A stretch of 63,980 nt of DNA, filler included, from Licmophora abbreviata (taxonomy: Eukaryota), in the NCBI GenBank assembly GCA_900291995.1. It is 17 parts of 17 records of this genome, joined end to end, with 100 filler letters (N's around TTAATTAATTAA, not from the genome) between each part and the next. Parts side by side here need not be neighbours in the genome. Positions count along the whole stretch, not along the records: positions 1 to 11,331 come from OLMU01004729.1; positions 11,432 to 19,290 come from OLMU01004730.1; 15 more parts are not named here. One strand, 5' to 3'. A program made the translations under genes and the position numbers. Shown here in pieces: positions 8,995 to 17,698 of the stretch. The stretch's first letter is position 1, and every line of letters starts with the position of its first letter. Below the pieces are notes generated by a model. The model searched no databases, had not been told where the DNA came from, and saw nothing but the letters and a program-made list of their open reading frames with translations.

Positions 8995-10094
8995 TGTATG
9001 TGGCGGTGAAAGGTGGCGAGCGGGCGATCGACAACGCCCATGCGTGGCTGGCCGAGGAGCGGCGCGGCGATCTGTCGGTGGCGGAATTGTCCGTGGCGCA
9101 GATCCGCGAGCAACTGAGCCTTGCGGTGAACAGGGTGATGGTCGAGGGGTCGCTTTACGATCCCGATCTGGCGGCGCTGGCGATCAAGCAAGCGCGCGGC
9201 GATCTGATCGAAGCCATTTTCCTCATTCGGGCCTATCGCACCACCTTGCCGCGTTTTGGGGCGTCAAAGCCGGTCGATACCGCGCGGATGGCCTGTGACC
9301 GGCGCATCTCGGCCACTTTCAAGGATGCGCCCGGCGGGCAGGTTCTGGGGCCGACATTCGACTACACGCATCGCCTGCTGGATTTCAAGCTGGCCGCCGA
9401 AGGCGAGGCACCCGAGGCCCCAAGCGCCGAGCCGCAAAACGGCCCGGTGCCGCATATCACCGGGTTTCTGAACCGCGAAGGGCTGATCCAGGCAGAAGCC
9501 GCCAGTGACGACACCCCGCCAGACCTGACGCGCGAGCCGATGGAGCTGCCCGCGGAACGGCCCTTGCGGTTGCAGGCACTGTCGCGGGGGGATGAGGGGT
9601 TCGTGCTGAGCCTCGCCTATTCCACGCAGCGTGGCTATGCCCGCAACCATGCCTTCGTGGGCGAATTGCGGATCGGTGCCGTGGCGGTCGAGATGGATAT
9701 CCCCGAGCTGGGCTTTGCCATCGAGATCGGCGAGATCACCCTGACCGAATGCGAGACGGTCAATCAGTTCAAGGGCTCGAAAACCGAGCCGCCGCAATTC
9801 ACCCGGGGCTATGGGCTTGTGTTCGGTCAGACCGAGCGCAAGGCAATTTCCATGGCGTTGGTGGATCGCGCGCTGCGCTGGAAGGAACTGGGCGAGGACA
9901 ATCAGGGCGCGCCTGCGCAGGACGAGGAATTCGTGCTGATGCATTGCGACAACATTCAGGCGACCGGATTCCTCGAGCATATCAAGCTGCCGCATTACGT
10001 CGATTTCCAGTCCGAGCTGGAACTGGTGCGCAAGCTGCGCCGCGAGGCGCAGGACGGCGCGGGCGCGGCCCCCGTGCAGGAGGCTGCGGAATGA
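8994..10094 (+). CDS. phnI: C-P lyase subunit PhnI
   Basis: MYVAVKGGERAI start, RRISATFKD, HIKLPHYVDFQSEL. Confidence 0.97.
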   Translation: MYVAVKGGERAIDNAHAWLAEERRGDLSVAELSVAQIREQLSLAVNRVMVEGSLYDPDLAALAIKQARGDLIEAIFLIRAYRTTLPRFGASKPVDTARMACDRRISATFKDAPGGQVLGPTFDYTHRLLDFKLAAEGEAPEAPSAEPQNGPVPHITGFLNREGLIQAEAASDDTPPDLTREPMELPAERPLRLQALSRGDEGFVLSLAYSTQRGYARNHAFVGELRIGAVAVEMDIPELGFAIEIGEITLTECETVNQFKGSKTEPPQFTRGYGLVFGQTERKAISMALVDRALRWKELGEDNQGAPAQDEEFVLMHCDNIQATGFLEHIKLPHYVDFQSELELVRKLRREAQDGAGAAPVQEAAE

Positions 10095-10971
10095 CCGAGT
10101 ACAACTTCGCCTATCTGGATGAACAGACCAAGCGGATGATCCGCCGCGCCATCCTCAAGGGATTGGCGGTGCCGGGCTATCAGGTGCCTTTTGCCAGCCG
10201 CGAAATGCCGATGCCCTATGGCTGGGGCACCGGCGGCGTGCAGGTCAGCGCGGCGACGCTGGTGCCCGAGGACCGGTTCAAGGTGATCGACAAGGGGCTG
10301 ACGATACCACCAACGCGGTGTCGATCCGCAAGTTCTTTGAGCGCACCGCCGGGGTCGAGACGACCGAGCACACCGTCGAGGCCAGCGTGATCCAGACACG
10401 CCACCGCATCCCCGAGACGCCGCTGAGCGAGGATCAGATCCTTGTCTATCAGGTGCCGATCCCCGAGCCGCTGCGCTTTCTGGAACCGCGCGAGACAGAG
10501 ACCCGCAAGATGCACAGCCTCGAGGAATATGGCCTCATGCATGTGAAACTCTACGAGGATATCAGCCAGCACGGCGCGATCGCCACCTCCTATGCCTATC
10601 CGGTCAAGGTGGAGGGGCGCTATGTGATGGACCCGTCGCCGATCCCGAAATTCGACAATCCCAAGCTGTCTGATTGCCCGGCGATCCAGTTGTTCGGCGC
10701 AGGGCGCGAGCAGCGTATCTATGCGCTGCCGCCCTATACACGCGTCGTCAGTCTCGATTTCGAGGACTACCCGTTCGAGGCCAGCAAGGCCGATCATGCC
10801 TGCGATCTGTGTGGCGCTGGAGACAGCTATCTCGATGAGGTGATCACCGACGATCAGGGGGGACGCATCTTCGTGTGCTCTGACACCGATTATTGCCGGG
10901 CGCGGCGTGATGCGGGCCATGTGGGGACGCAGGCGCAGGATGCGCCGATGATGACAGAGGCCCAAGGATGA
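10091..10971 (+). CDS. phnJ: C-P lyase radical-SAM subunit PhnJ (frameshift near 10291, probably sequencing error)
   Basis: YNFAYLDEQTKRMIRRA, MPYGWGTGG and the cysteine cluster CDLC...CSDTDYC. Adding one C near 10291 restores the conserved IDQGADDTTNAV. Confidence 0.95.
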
Positions 10972-11820
10972 GCTCCCAACCGCTTTTGCAGGTGCGCGAT
11001 ATCACCCGATTTTACGGCACAAGGATCGGCTGCCGCGACGTGAGTTTCGATCTCTATCCCGGAGAGGTCATGGGCATTGTCGGGGAGAGCGGATCGGGTA
11101 AATCCACGCTTCTCGGCTGCCTCGCCGGTCAGTTAGCTCCTGATGCCGGCGAGGTTCTGTTCGACACCCGCAGCGATGGCCTGCGCGATACGCTGAAGAT
11201 GTCCGAGCCGGAACGTCGGATGCTGTCGCGCACGGATTGGGCTTTCGTGCATCAGCATGCGCGCGACGGGCTGCGTATGGGGGTGAGTGCGGGCGGCAAT
11301 GTGGGTGAGCGGCTGATGGCCGTGGGGGCGCNNNNNNNNNNNNNNNNNNNNNNNNNNNNNNNNNNNNNNNNNNNNTTAATTAATTAANNNNNNNNNNNNN
11401 NNNNNNNNNNNNNNNNNNNNNNNNNNNNNNNAGGCGGTCGATTGGCTGGGCCGGGTCGAGATCCCGGCGGATCGGGTGGATGACCGGCCCACGGCCTTTT
11501 CGGGCGGCATGCAGCAGCGGTTGCAGATCGCCCGCAATCTGGTCACCGGACCAAGGCTGGTGTTTATGGACGAGCCGACCGGCGGGCTGGACGTGTCGGT
11601 ACAGGCGCGGTTGCTGGATCTGTTGCGGGGATTGGTGCGCGAAATGGGCCTTTCGGCGATCATCGTGACCCATGATCTGGCGGTGGTGCGGTTGCTGGCC
11701 GACCGGCTGATGGTGATGAAGGACGGGCATGTGGTGGAAACCGGCCTGACGGATCAGGTTCTGGATGATCCTCAGCACGGGTATACACAATTGCTGGTCT
11801 CCAGCGTGCTGCAAGTCTGA
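10968..11820 (+). CDS. phnK: C-P lyase ABC-type subunit PhnK (interrupted by an assembly gap)
   Basis: GESGSGKST, GGNVGERLM, FSGGMQQRLQIARNL, LDDPQHGYTQLLVSSVL. Confidence 0.95.
11332..11431. other. Artificial contig linker, first of 16. Others start at 19291, 21633, 23785, 25267, 29140, 30704, 36086, 40127, 41926, 44214, 45368, 48228, 52562, 59703 and 62873; each is 100 nt.
   Basis: Identical N-run + TTAATTAATTAA + N-run with stops in all six frames. Several flanks duplicate 12-14 nt across the gap (rapZ, GT32-like gene, dctQ). Confidence 0.98.
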
Positions 11821-11867
11821 GACGGGCGGGCTGTCCCGATGAGAGGGCCGATAGGAAGGACAAGGCA

Positions 11868-12548
11868 ATGATCGAGATCGAAACCGTCTCAAAGCAGTTC
11901 ACGTTGCACAATCAGGGTGGCGCCGTGATCCCGGTGATGGAGGGCGCCAGCCTGAATGTCGCCTCGGGCGAGTGCGTTGCGCTGACCGGCAGTTCGGGTG
12001 CGGGCAAGTCCACGCTGATGCGGATGATCTATGGCAATTACCTTGCCGCGTCGGGCCGGATCATGGTGGGCGGGGTCGATGTGGCGCGCGCCGAGCCGCG
12101 CGAGATCCTTGCGCTGCGCCGCGAGACCCTTGGCTATGTCAGCCAGTTCCTGCGCGTGGTCCCCCGCGTTCCGACCCTCGAGGTGGTGGCCGAGCCGCTT
12201 CTGGCGCTTGGCCACTCGCGCGAGGAGGCGATGGACCGTGCCCGCGATCTGCTGGCCCGGCTGAACATTCCCGAGGGTCTCTGGTCGCTCAGCCCCACGA
12301 CTTTTTCGGGCGGTGAGCAGCAGCGGGTGAACATCGCGCGCGGCTTTGCCCATACCTATCCCGCGCTGTTGCTGGATGAGCCGACGGCCAGCCTTGATGC
12401 CGCCAACCGCGAGACGGTGCTGTGCCTGATCGAAGAGGCCAAGGCGCGGGGTGCTGCGATTGTCGGAATTTTCCACGATGTAGAGGCGCGCGCCCGCGTT
12501 TGTGACCGGGAAATCGACGTTTCGGCCTTTACGCCGAAGGCCGCATGA
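11868..12548 (+). CDS. phnL: C-P lyase ABC-type subunit PhnL
   Basis: KQFTLHNQGG, GSSGAGKST, YVSQFLRVVPRV, TTFSGGEQQRVNIARG, GIFHD. Confidence 0.96.
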   Translation: MIEIETVSKQFTLHNQGGAVIPVMEGASLNVASGECVALTGSSGAGKSTLMRMIYGNYLAASGRIMVGGVDVARAEPREILALRRETLGYVSQFLRVVPRVPTLEVVAEPLLALGHSREEAMDRARDLLARLNIPEGLWSLSPTTFSGGEQQRVNIARGFAHTYPALLLDEPTASLDAANRETVLCLIEEAKARGAAIVGIFHDVEARARVCDREIDVSAFTPKAA

Positions 12549-13093
12549 TGGCCGGGCGGCTGATCGGTGTGGTCGGCCCGTCGGGTGTCGGCAAGGACAC
12601 GGTGATGGCCGCATTGGCGGCGCGCTGTCCTGGTCTTGGCCTTGTAAGGCGGGTCATCACCCGGCCCGCGGATGCGGGCGGCGAGGTGTTCGAAGGTGTC
12701 ACCCCGGACCGTTTCGAGGCGCTCTGCCAGGACGAGGCGTTCTGCCTGCATTGGGCCGCGCATGGTTTGCGCTATGGCATCCCGCGCGAGATCGAGGGGG
12801 GGCTTGCGGCGGGCGAGGACCTGTTGGTGAACCTGTCGCGGTCGGTGCTGCGTCAGGCACAGACACGGTTCGCGGGCTTCGTGACGCTGCATCTGACTGC
12901 TCCGCGCAATGTGCTGGCGGAGCGGTTGGCGGCGCGCGGGCGCGAAAGCGCGCAGCAGATCGAGGCGCGGCTGGCCCGTTCGGAGTTTGCCTTGCCGGAC
13001 GGGTTGGAGCGGGTCATTGACGTGGCCAATGCCGGATCGCTTGAGCAAACGCTTGAGAGGATCGAGGACCGGCTTTACCCGGTGAAGGCATGA
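12545..13093 (+). CDS. phnN: Ribose 1,5-bisphosphokinase
   Basis: VVGPSGVGKDT, RRVITR, WAAHGLRYGIP, VNLSR. Confidence 0.95.
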   Translation: MMAGRLIGVVGPSGVGKDTVMAALAARCPGLGLVRRVITRPADAGGEVFEGVTPDRFEALCQDEAFCLHWAAHGLRYGIPREIEGGLAAGEDLLVNLSRSVLRQAQTRFAGFVTLHLTAPRNVLAERLAARGRESAQQIEARLARSEFALPDGLERVIDVANAGSLEQTLERIEDRLYPVKA

Positions 13094-13761
13094 CGCGAGA
13101 TCAGATGGAACCGGCCTTCGGCATCCTCACCCGCGAGGCTGAGCGCGTCGATCACGAAGGGCGCGGGCAGAAGCGGCGTGAGGACGGGGGCAAGCGCTTG
13201 GTCGGTCTGACGGGCTTGTGCGACGGGCAATTTGCCGGTCAGGGTGATATGAAAGCGGAATTGGTCCATCACGTAAGGATAGCCCCAGGCCCGCAAGAGG
13301 GCATCCTGTTCGGGGGTCAGGCCGGCCTCGCGGCGGCGGGCCATCTCGGCCTCGGTCAGGGGGGCGCGGAAGGCATCGAAGCCGCGCACAATGTCGGCGG
13401 CCAGAGCGTTAAGCGGGCCTTCGTTGCCCAAGGGGCGCAGCGCCAGAAAGCGGCCAAGTCGCGCCAGTTCCAGCCCGTCCAACGTGACGGCGGGACGCTG
13501 TGCGCAGAAGGTGGCCAGCGCGTCGTCCAGCATGGTCGGCGTCGCCCCCTGAGCCAGCTGGAAGGGCGGCTTCATGGTGGCGTGAAGCCCATATTTCCTT
13601 GGTGTTTCGGTGATCTGTGCGACCGGCAGGGGCAGCCCCGCGACATCCGGGTGCGGCACGTCCCGCCCGGTGGCCATGTCCCATCCCAGCCAGGCCGAGC
13701 ACACCTGAGTCAGTGGCCCCGGCGCGGGGGTATAGTAGATCGCGTATCGCCTGTAATCCAT
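13075..13761 (-). CDS. DUF1045 protein (2H phosphoesterase-like)
   Basis: RYAIYYTP start; two HxT motifs (YGLHATMK, FRFHITLTG); WGYPYV. The 3' end overlaps the phnN 3' end by 19 nt. Confidence 0.9.
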   Translation of the reverse strand: MDYRRYAIYYTPAPGPLTQVCSAWLGWDMATGRDVPHPDVAGLPLPVAQITETPRKYGLHATMKPPFQLAQGATPTMLDDALATFCAQRPAVTLDGLELARLGRFLALRPLGNEGPLNALAADIVRGFDAFRAPLTEAEMARRREAGLTPEQDALLRAWGYPYVMDQFRFHITLTGKLPVAQARQTDQALAPVLTPLLPAPFVIDALSLAGEDAEGRFHLISRHAFTG

Positions 13762-13811
13762 GACGTTCCCGTTTCTTTTGGACTCACCTGTCAGCAAAGC
13801 GTAACGAGCAC

Positions 13812-14954
13812 ATGACACAAGACACCATCCTCGCCAATGCCACCCTTGTTCTGCCCGACCGGACCGTGACGGGCCATGTCGTTCTGAGGGACGGGGTGAT
13901 CGCGGATATCGGCACCGGTACAGCTTGTCCCAAGGGCGCACTGAATTGCGAGGGGGATGTCGTGGCGCCGGGGCTCATTGAGTTGCATACCGACAATCTG
14001 GAGCGGCATATCCAGCCGCGCCCCAAGGTCGACTGGCCACATAATGCCGCGATCCTGGCCCATGATGCCGAGTTGGCGGGCACCGGGATCACCACCGTGT
14101 TCGATGCGATGCGGGTAGGGTCGATCCCGAGTGGGCGGGGCAGATATATCAAGTATGCCCGAGGTCTGGCCAATGAGCTGCTGGCGCTGAGGGCGGATAG
14201 TGCATTGAAAATAAGCCATTTTCTGCACCTTCGGGCCGAGGTCTGTTCCGAGACGCTGGAAGAGGAGATGGCCGAGTTCGGAGAGGCGGACCGCGTCGGC
14301 ATCGTCAGCCTGATGGACCATACCCCCGGTCAGCGCCAGTTCCGCGACATCAGCAAGCTGGAAGCCTATGTGAAGGGCAAGCTGTCGCTCAATGACGAGG
14401 AATTCCGCGCCCATGTCGCGCAGTTGCAGGAGCTGCGCGCGCTGCATGGCGACCGGCATGAGGCGGCGGCTGTGGCCGAGGCGAAACGCTATGGCGCGGT
14501 GCTGGCGAGCCATGACGACACCACCGAGGATCAGGTCCGGGTCTCGGCGGGGCATGGCATCCGGGTGGCCGAATTTCCCACCACGCTGGAAGCCGCGCGC
14601 GCCTGCCATGTGCATGATATTGCTATCATAATGGGTGCGCCCAACCTGATCCGGGGGGGCTCGCATTCGGGCAATGTGGCCGCGCATGATCTGGCGCGGG
14701 CGGGGCATCTGGATATCCTGTCATCGGATTACGTGCCTTCGGCGCTGCTGCTGGCTGCGGTGCAACTGGGCGAGATCTGGGGGGATATGGCCAAGGGGCT
14801 GGCGACGGTCACGGCGAACCCGGCGCGCAGTGTGAGGCTGGAGGATCGGGGGGTGCTGGAGCCGGGCAAACGGGCGGATGTGATCCGCTTCGCGATGCGC
14901 GGCGGGGTGCCGGCGCTGCGCGGGGTTTGGTCGCGGGGAGAGCGCGTCGCCTGA
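13812..14954 (+). CDS. phnM: Alpha-D-ribose 1-methylphosphonate 5-triphosphate diphosphatase
   Basis: PGLIELHTDNLERH, SLMDHTPGQRQF, ASHDD, AEFPTT, MGAPNLIRGGSHSGN, LSSDYVP. Confidence 0.96.
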   Translation: MTQDTILANATLVLPDRTVTGHVVLRDGVIADIGTGTACPKGALNCEGDVVAPGLIELHTDNLERHIQPRPKVDWPHNAAILAHDAELAGTGITTVFDAMRVGSIPSGRGRYIKYARGLANELLALRADSALKISHFLHLRAEVCSETLEEEMAEFGEADRVGIVSLMDHTPGQRQFRDISKLEAYVKGKLSLNDEEFRAHVAQLQELRALHGDRHEAAAVAEAKRYGAVLASHDDTTEDQVRVSAGHGIRVAEFPTTLEAARACHVHDIAIIMGAPNLIRGGSHSGNVAAHDLARAGHLDILSSDYVPSALLLAAVQLGEIWGDMAKGLATVTANPARSVRLEDRGVLEPGKRADVIRFAMRGGVPALRGVWSRGERVA

Positions 14955-14990
14955 TTCGAAGGTTAACGGCCTTGTTTTCAAGGAAAACCC

Positions 14991-15045
14991 GCATCGGTAT
15001 CACGTCGGTATCGCATCGGTATCGCGTCGGTGTGGGGTCGGTTTG
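14991..15045. repeat. Five degenerate 11-bp tandem repeats (consensus GCRTCGGTATC)
   Basis: TCGGT core at 14994, 15005, 15016, 15027 and 15038. Confidence 0.85.
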
Positions 15046-15205
15046 GGGCATGGGTTTATGTGCCGCGCGCCCTGCAACGCCCCAAGATATAGATCGAGGC
15101 TGTGTCCGGGCATGCCCGCCCACCGATGCCGGAAATGCGCTTGGGGCGGAAGGCCCGGCGTAAAGCCGCTTTGACAGGACCCGCGGCGCGGCGCATAACA
15201 CCCGC

Positions 15206-15907
15206 ATGACACAGGACATGCTTTTTGCCCCGCCCGAAAGTCTGGCCATACCGGTGGCCGGTGACAGCCGTCAGTTTCCGCTGCGGCGGATCTTTTGCGT
15301 GGGGCGGAATTATGCCGCGCATGCTGCCGAGATGGGCAATGAGGTGGACCGCGAGGCGCCGTTCTATTTCACCAAGTCGGCCCATGCGCTGTGCCTTTCG
15401 GGGGCGACGATCCCTTATCCGCCGGGCACGCAGGATTGCCATTACGAGATGGAGTTCGTGGTGGCGATCGGCGCGCCGGCGTTCCGGGTGACCAAGACGG
15501 AGGCGATGCAGGCGGTCTGGGGCTATGGCTGTGGGATCGACCTGACGCGGCGCGATCTGCAGGGGGCGGCCAAGGACAAGCGTCGGCCCTGGGATCTGGG
15601 CAAGGATTTCGAGAATTCGGCGCTGATGGCGGCATTGACGCCTGCGGATGCTTTCGGAGAGATCGGCCAGCAGCGCATCACCCTGCGTCGGGATGACGAG
15701 ATCGTGCAGGATGCCAGCTTGGGCGACATGGTGTGGTCGGTGCCCGAGCTGATCGCGCATTTGTCGGGCTATTATCACCTGTTGCCCGGAGACCTGATCT
15801 ATACCGGCACGCCAGCGGGTGTCGGGCCGGTGCAGCCCGGCAGTGTCCTTGTGGGTGAGATCGAGGGGCTGGAGCCGGTGCGGGTCACGATAGGCGAGGC
15901 CGAGTGA
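15206..15907 (+). CDS. Fumarylacetoacetate hydrolase family protein (fumarylpyruvate hydrolase-like)
   Basis: RRIFCVGRNYAAHAAEMG, HYEME, DLTRRDLQ, WDLGK, GDLIYTGTPAGVG. Confidence 0.92.
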   Translation: MTQDMLFAPPESLAIPVAGDSRQFPLRRIFCVGRNYAAHAAEMGNEVDREAPFYFTKSAHALCLSGATIPYPPGTQDCHYEMEFVVAIGAPAFRVTKTEAMQAVWGYGCGIDLTRRDLQGAAKDKRRPWDLGKDFENSALMAALTPADAFGEIGQQRITLRRDDEIVQDASLGDMVWSVPELIAHLSGYYHLLPGDLIYTGTPAGVGPVQPGSVLVGEIEGLEPVRVTIGEAE

Positions 15908-15936
15908 GGCGGGCAGTCTTCGGGCCGCGCTGCGGG

Positions 15937-16008
15937 CTTTAGCTGATCCTTTAGATGATCCTTTAGCTGATCCTTTCGGTGATCCTTTAGATGATCCTTT
16001 TGGTGATC
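15937..16008. repeat. Six 12-bp tandem repeats CTTTNGNTGATC
   Basis: ctttagctgatc / ctttagatgatc / ctttagctgatc / ctttcggtgatc / ctttagatgatc / cttttggtgatc. Confidence 0.92.
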
Positions 16009-16175
16009 CGTGCCGTTCCGACGCGCGTGATGGCATGTTGCCTATGCGGGGGTCATGGCGGGCCTGACATTTTTATCGCTCCGACATGCAGAGAGTTGCG
16101 GCAGGCTTGATCTGGATCAACGCGGCGCGCGATTTCATATGCTGAATATAGAATATATATTTGGAGCGTCCCGGA

Positions 16176-17138
16176 ATGACCGACCCGACCCACCGCTGGC
16201 TTGAGCATTATCCCGTCACCCTGTTCACCATCGTGATGGGCATGGCCGGGCTGACCCTGGCGCTGCGTGCCGGGGAGCAGGCACTGGGCCTGACATCGGC
16301 GCTGTCGGCGGCGGTCTATGTGGTCACGCTGGCCTTGTTCGGGGTGATCGCGGCCGGCTATGGCGCCAAGGCGCTGAGACATCCCGCCGCCCTGCGGGCG
16401 GAATGGGATCATCCCGTGAAGCTGGCGTTTTTCCCGGCGATTTCCATCGGCTTGTTGTTGTTGGCGGCGGCGACACTGCCGTGGTCCGAGCCTGTGGCGC
16501 GGGCGATGTGGCTGATCGGGGCGGCGTCGCAGGGCGTACTGACGCTTGCGGTGGTATCGGGCTGGATCGGATCGCGGGCCTTTCTGCATGGGCATCTGTC
16601 GCCGGCGTGGTTCATTCCGGCGGTGGGCAATGTGATCGTGCCGATCGCCGGGGTCGATCTGGGGTATGTCGAGCTAAGCTGGTTTTTCATGTCCGTCGGT
16701 CTGATCTTCTGGCTGATCCTGCTGACGCTGGTGATGAACCGGCTGGTGTTTCATGACCCACTGCCCGAGCGGTTGCAGCCGACGCTGGTGATCCTGATCG
16801 CGCCGCCTGCGGCGGGGTTCCTGGCCTGGGTCAAGCTGACCGGCGGGATCGACCATCTGGCGCATATCCTGCTGAATGGTGGGTATTTCTTTGGTCTGGT
16901 CGTGGCGGTGCAACTGCCGCGCATCCTGCGGCTGCCCTTTGCGATGTCCTTCTGGGCGCTCAGCTTTCCTGTGGCGGCGCTGACCATTGCCAGCCTGCAT
17001 TATGCCGAAGTCACCGGCTCGACCGCCCATCATCTGATCGGTCTGGGGCTGCTTGCAGCGCTGACCGTGACCCTTGGCGCCTTGCTGATCCGCACCTTTC
17101 GGGCGGTCAGTTCGGGTGCCGTGTTTCAACCCGAATGA
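16176..17138 (+). CDS. TDT (TehA/SLAC1) family anion channel
   Basis: About 10 hydrophobic helices; FTIVMGMAGL, HPVKLAFFPAISIG, PAWFIPAVGN, ILIAPP, SFWALSFP. Confidence 0.9.
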   Translation: MTDPTHRWLEHYPVTLFTIVMGMAGLTLALRAGEQALGLTSALSAAVYVVTLALFGVIAAGYGAKALRHPAALRAEWDHPVKLAFFPAISIGLLLLAAATLPWSEPVARAMWLIGAASQGVLTLAVVSGWIGSRAFLHGHLSPAWFIPAVGNVIVPIAGVDLGYVELSWFFMSVGLIFWLILLTLVMNRLVFHDPLPERLQPTLVILIAPPAAGFLAWVKLTGGIDHLAHILLNGGYFFGLVVAVQLPRILRLPFAMSFWALSFPVAALTIASLHYAEVTGSTAHHLIGLGLLAALTVTLGALLIRTFRAVSSGAVFQPE

Positions 17139-17179
17139 CGCGCGAACGTCCAAACTCCCTGTATGAAAGAGGTTTTCCA

Positions 17180-17620
17180 ATGCGTAAGACACTGACAGCC
17201 CTCGCCCTGGCGGCGGCAACACTCACCGGCCTGCCCGCTCAGGCGGAAGAATCGAGAAACCTGGTCACTGTGGTGACCTCGGCCGATCCGCAAACGCAGC
17301 TCATGTCGATGGTGCTGACCATGCAATCGGTGCAGCAAGGGGCCAAGGCGCAGATCCTGCTGTGTGGTCCGGCGGGGGATCTGGCGTTGAAAGAGGCCCC
17401 GGCCAGCGCCACCGCGCCGCAAAAGCCGAAAGACATGAGCCCGCAGGGCCTCATGCGGATGATCATGGACAAGACCGGCACCAAGGTCGAGGTTTGTGCG
17501 ATCTACCTGCCCAACAAGGGCGTGGAGGCGTCGGCGCTGCTGGACGGGATCACGGCGGCGCAACCCCCCGCGATGGCGGCGGCCTTGATGGCGGAGAACA
17601 CGACGGTTCTCAGCTTCTGA
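17180..17620 (+). CDS. Exported DsrE/DsrF-like protein
   Basis: Signal peptide MRKTLTALALAAATLTGLPAQA; ILLCGPAGDLAL and KVEVCAIYLPN motifs; ends in the DsrE-like VLSF strand. Confidence 0.7.
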   Translation: MRKTLTALALAAATLTGLPAQAEESRNLVTVVTSADPQTQLMSMVLTMQSVQQGAKAQILLCGPAGDLALKEAPASATAPQKPKDMSPQGLMRMIMDKTGTKVEVCAIYLPNKGVEASALLDGITAAQPPAMAAALMAENTTVLSF

Positions 17621-17638
17621 TCGCACAGGTCTGACACG

Positions 17639-17668
17639 AAAAAAGCCGCCCGGTAATTCGGGCGGCTT
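17639..17668 (-). terminator. Rho-independent terminator between the convergent DsrE-like gene and mcd
   Basis: AAGCCGCCCG-gtaatt-CGGGCGGCTT stem preceded by an A-run (U-tract on the minus strand). Confidence 0.8.
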
Positions 17669-17698
17669 AGCCGTTGAGTGGCGCGGCTGTTGTCTTGA

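Noticed and set aside
8426..10971. phnH and phnJ as true pseudogenes or programmed frameshifts (cryptic phn operon)
   Set aside because: The same type of one-base error also hits essential rpoC and etfB, there is no slippery heptamer, and there are no other lesions.
14991..16008. 11-bp and 12-bp arrays as CRISPR
   Set aside because: The units are too short, directly tandem with no unique spacers, and there are no cas genes in the window.
15056..16036. 326-aa minus-strand ORF starting with GSxK repeats (histone-like SPK motifs)
   Set aside because: Most of it is the antisense shadow of the well-supported FAH gene and has no recognisable domain. Only the repeat itself was kept.
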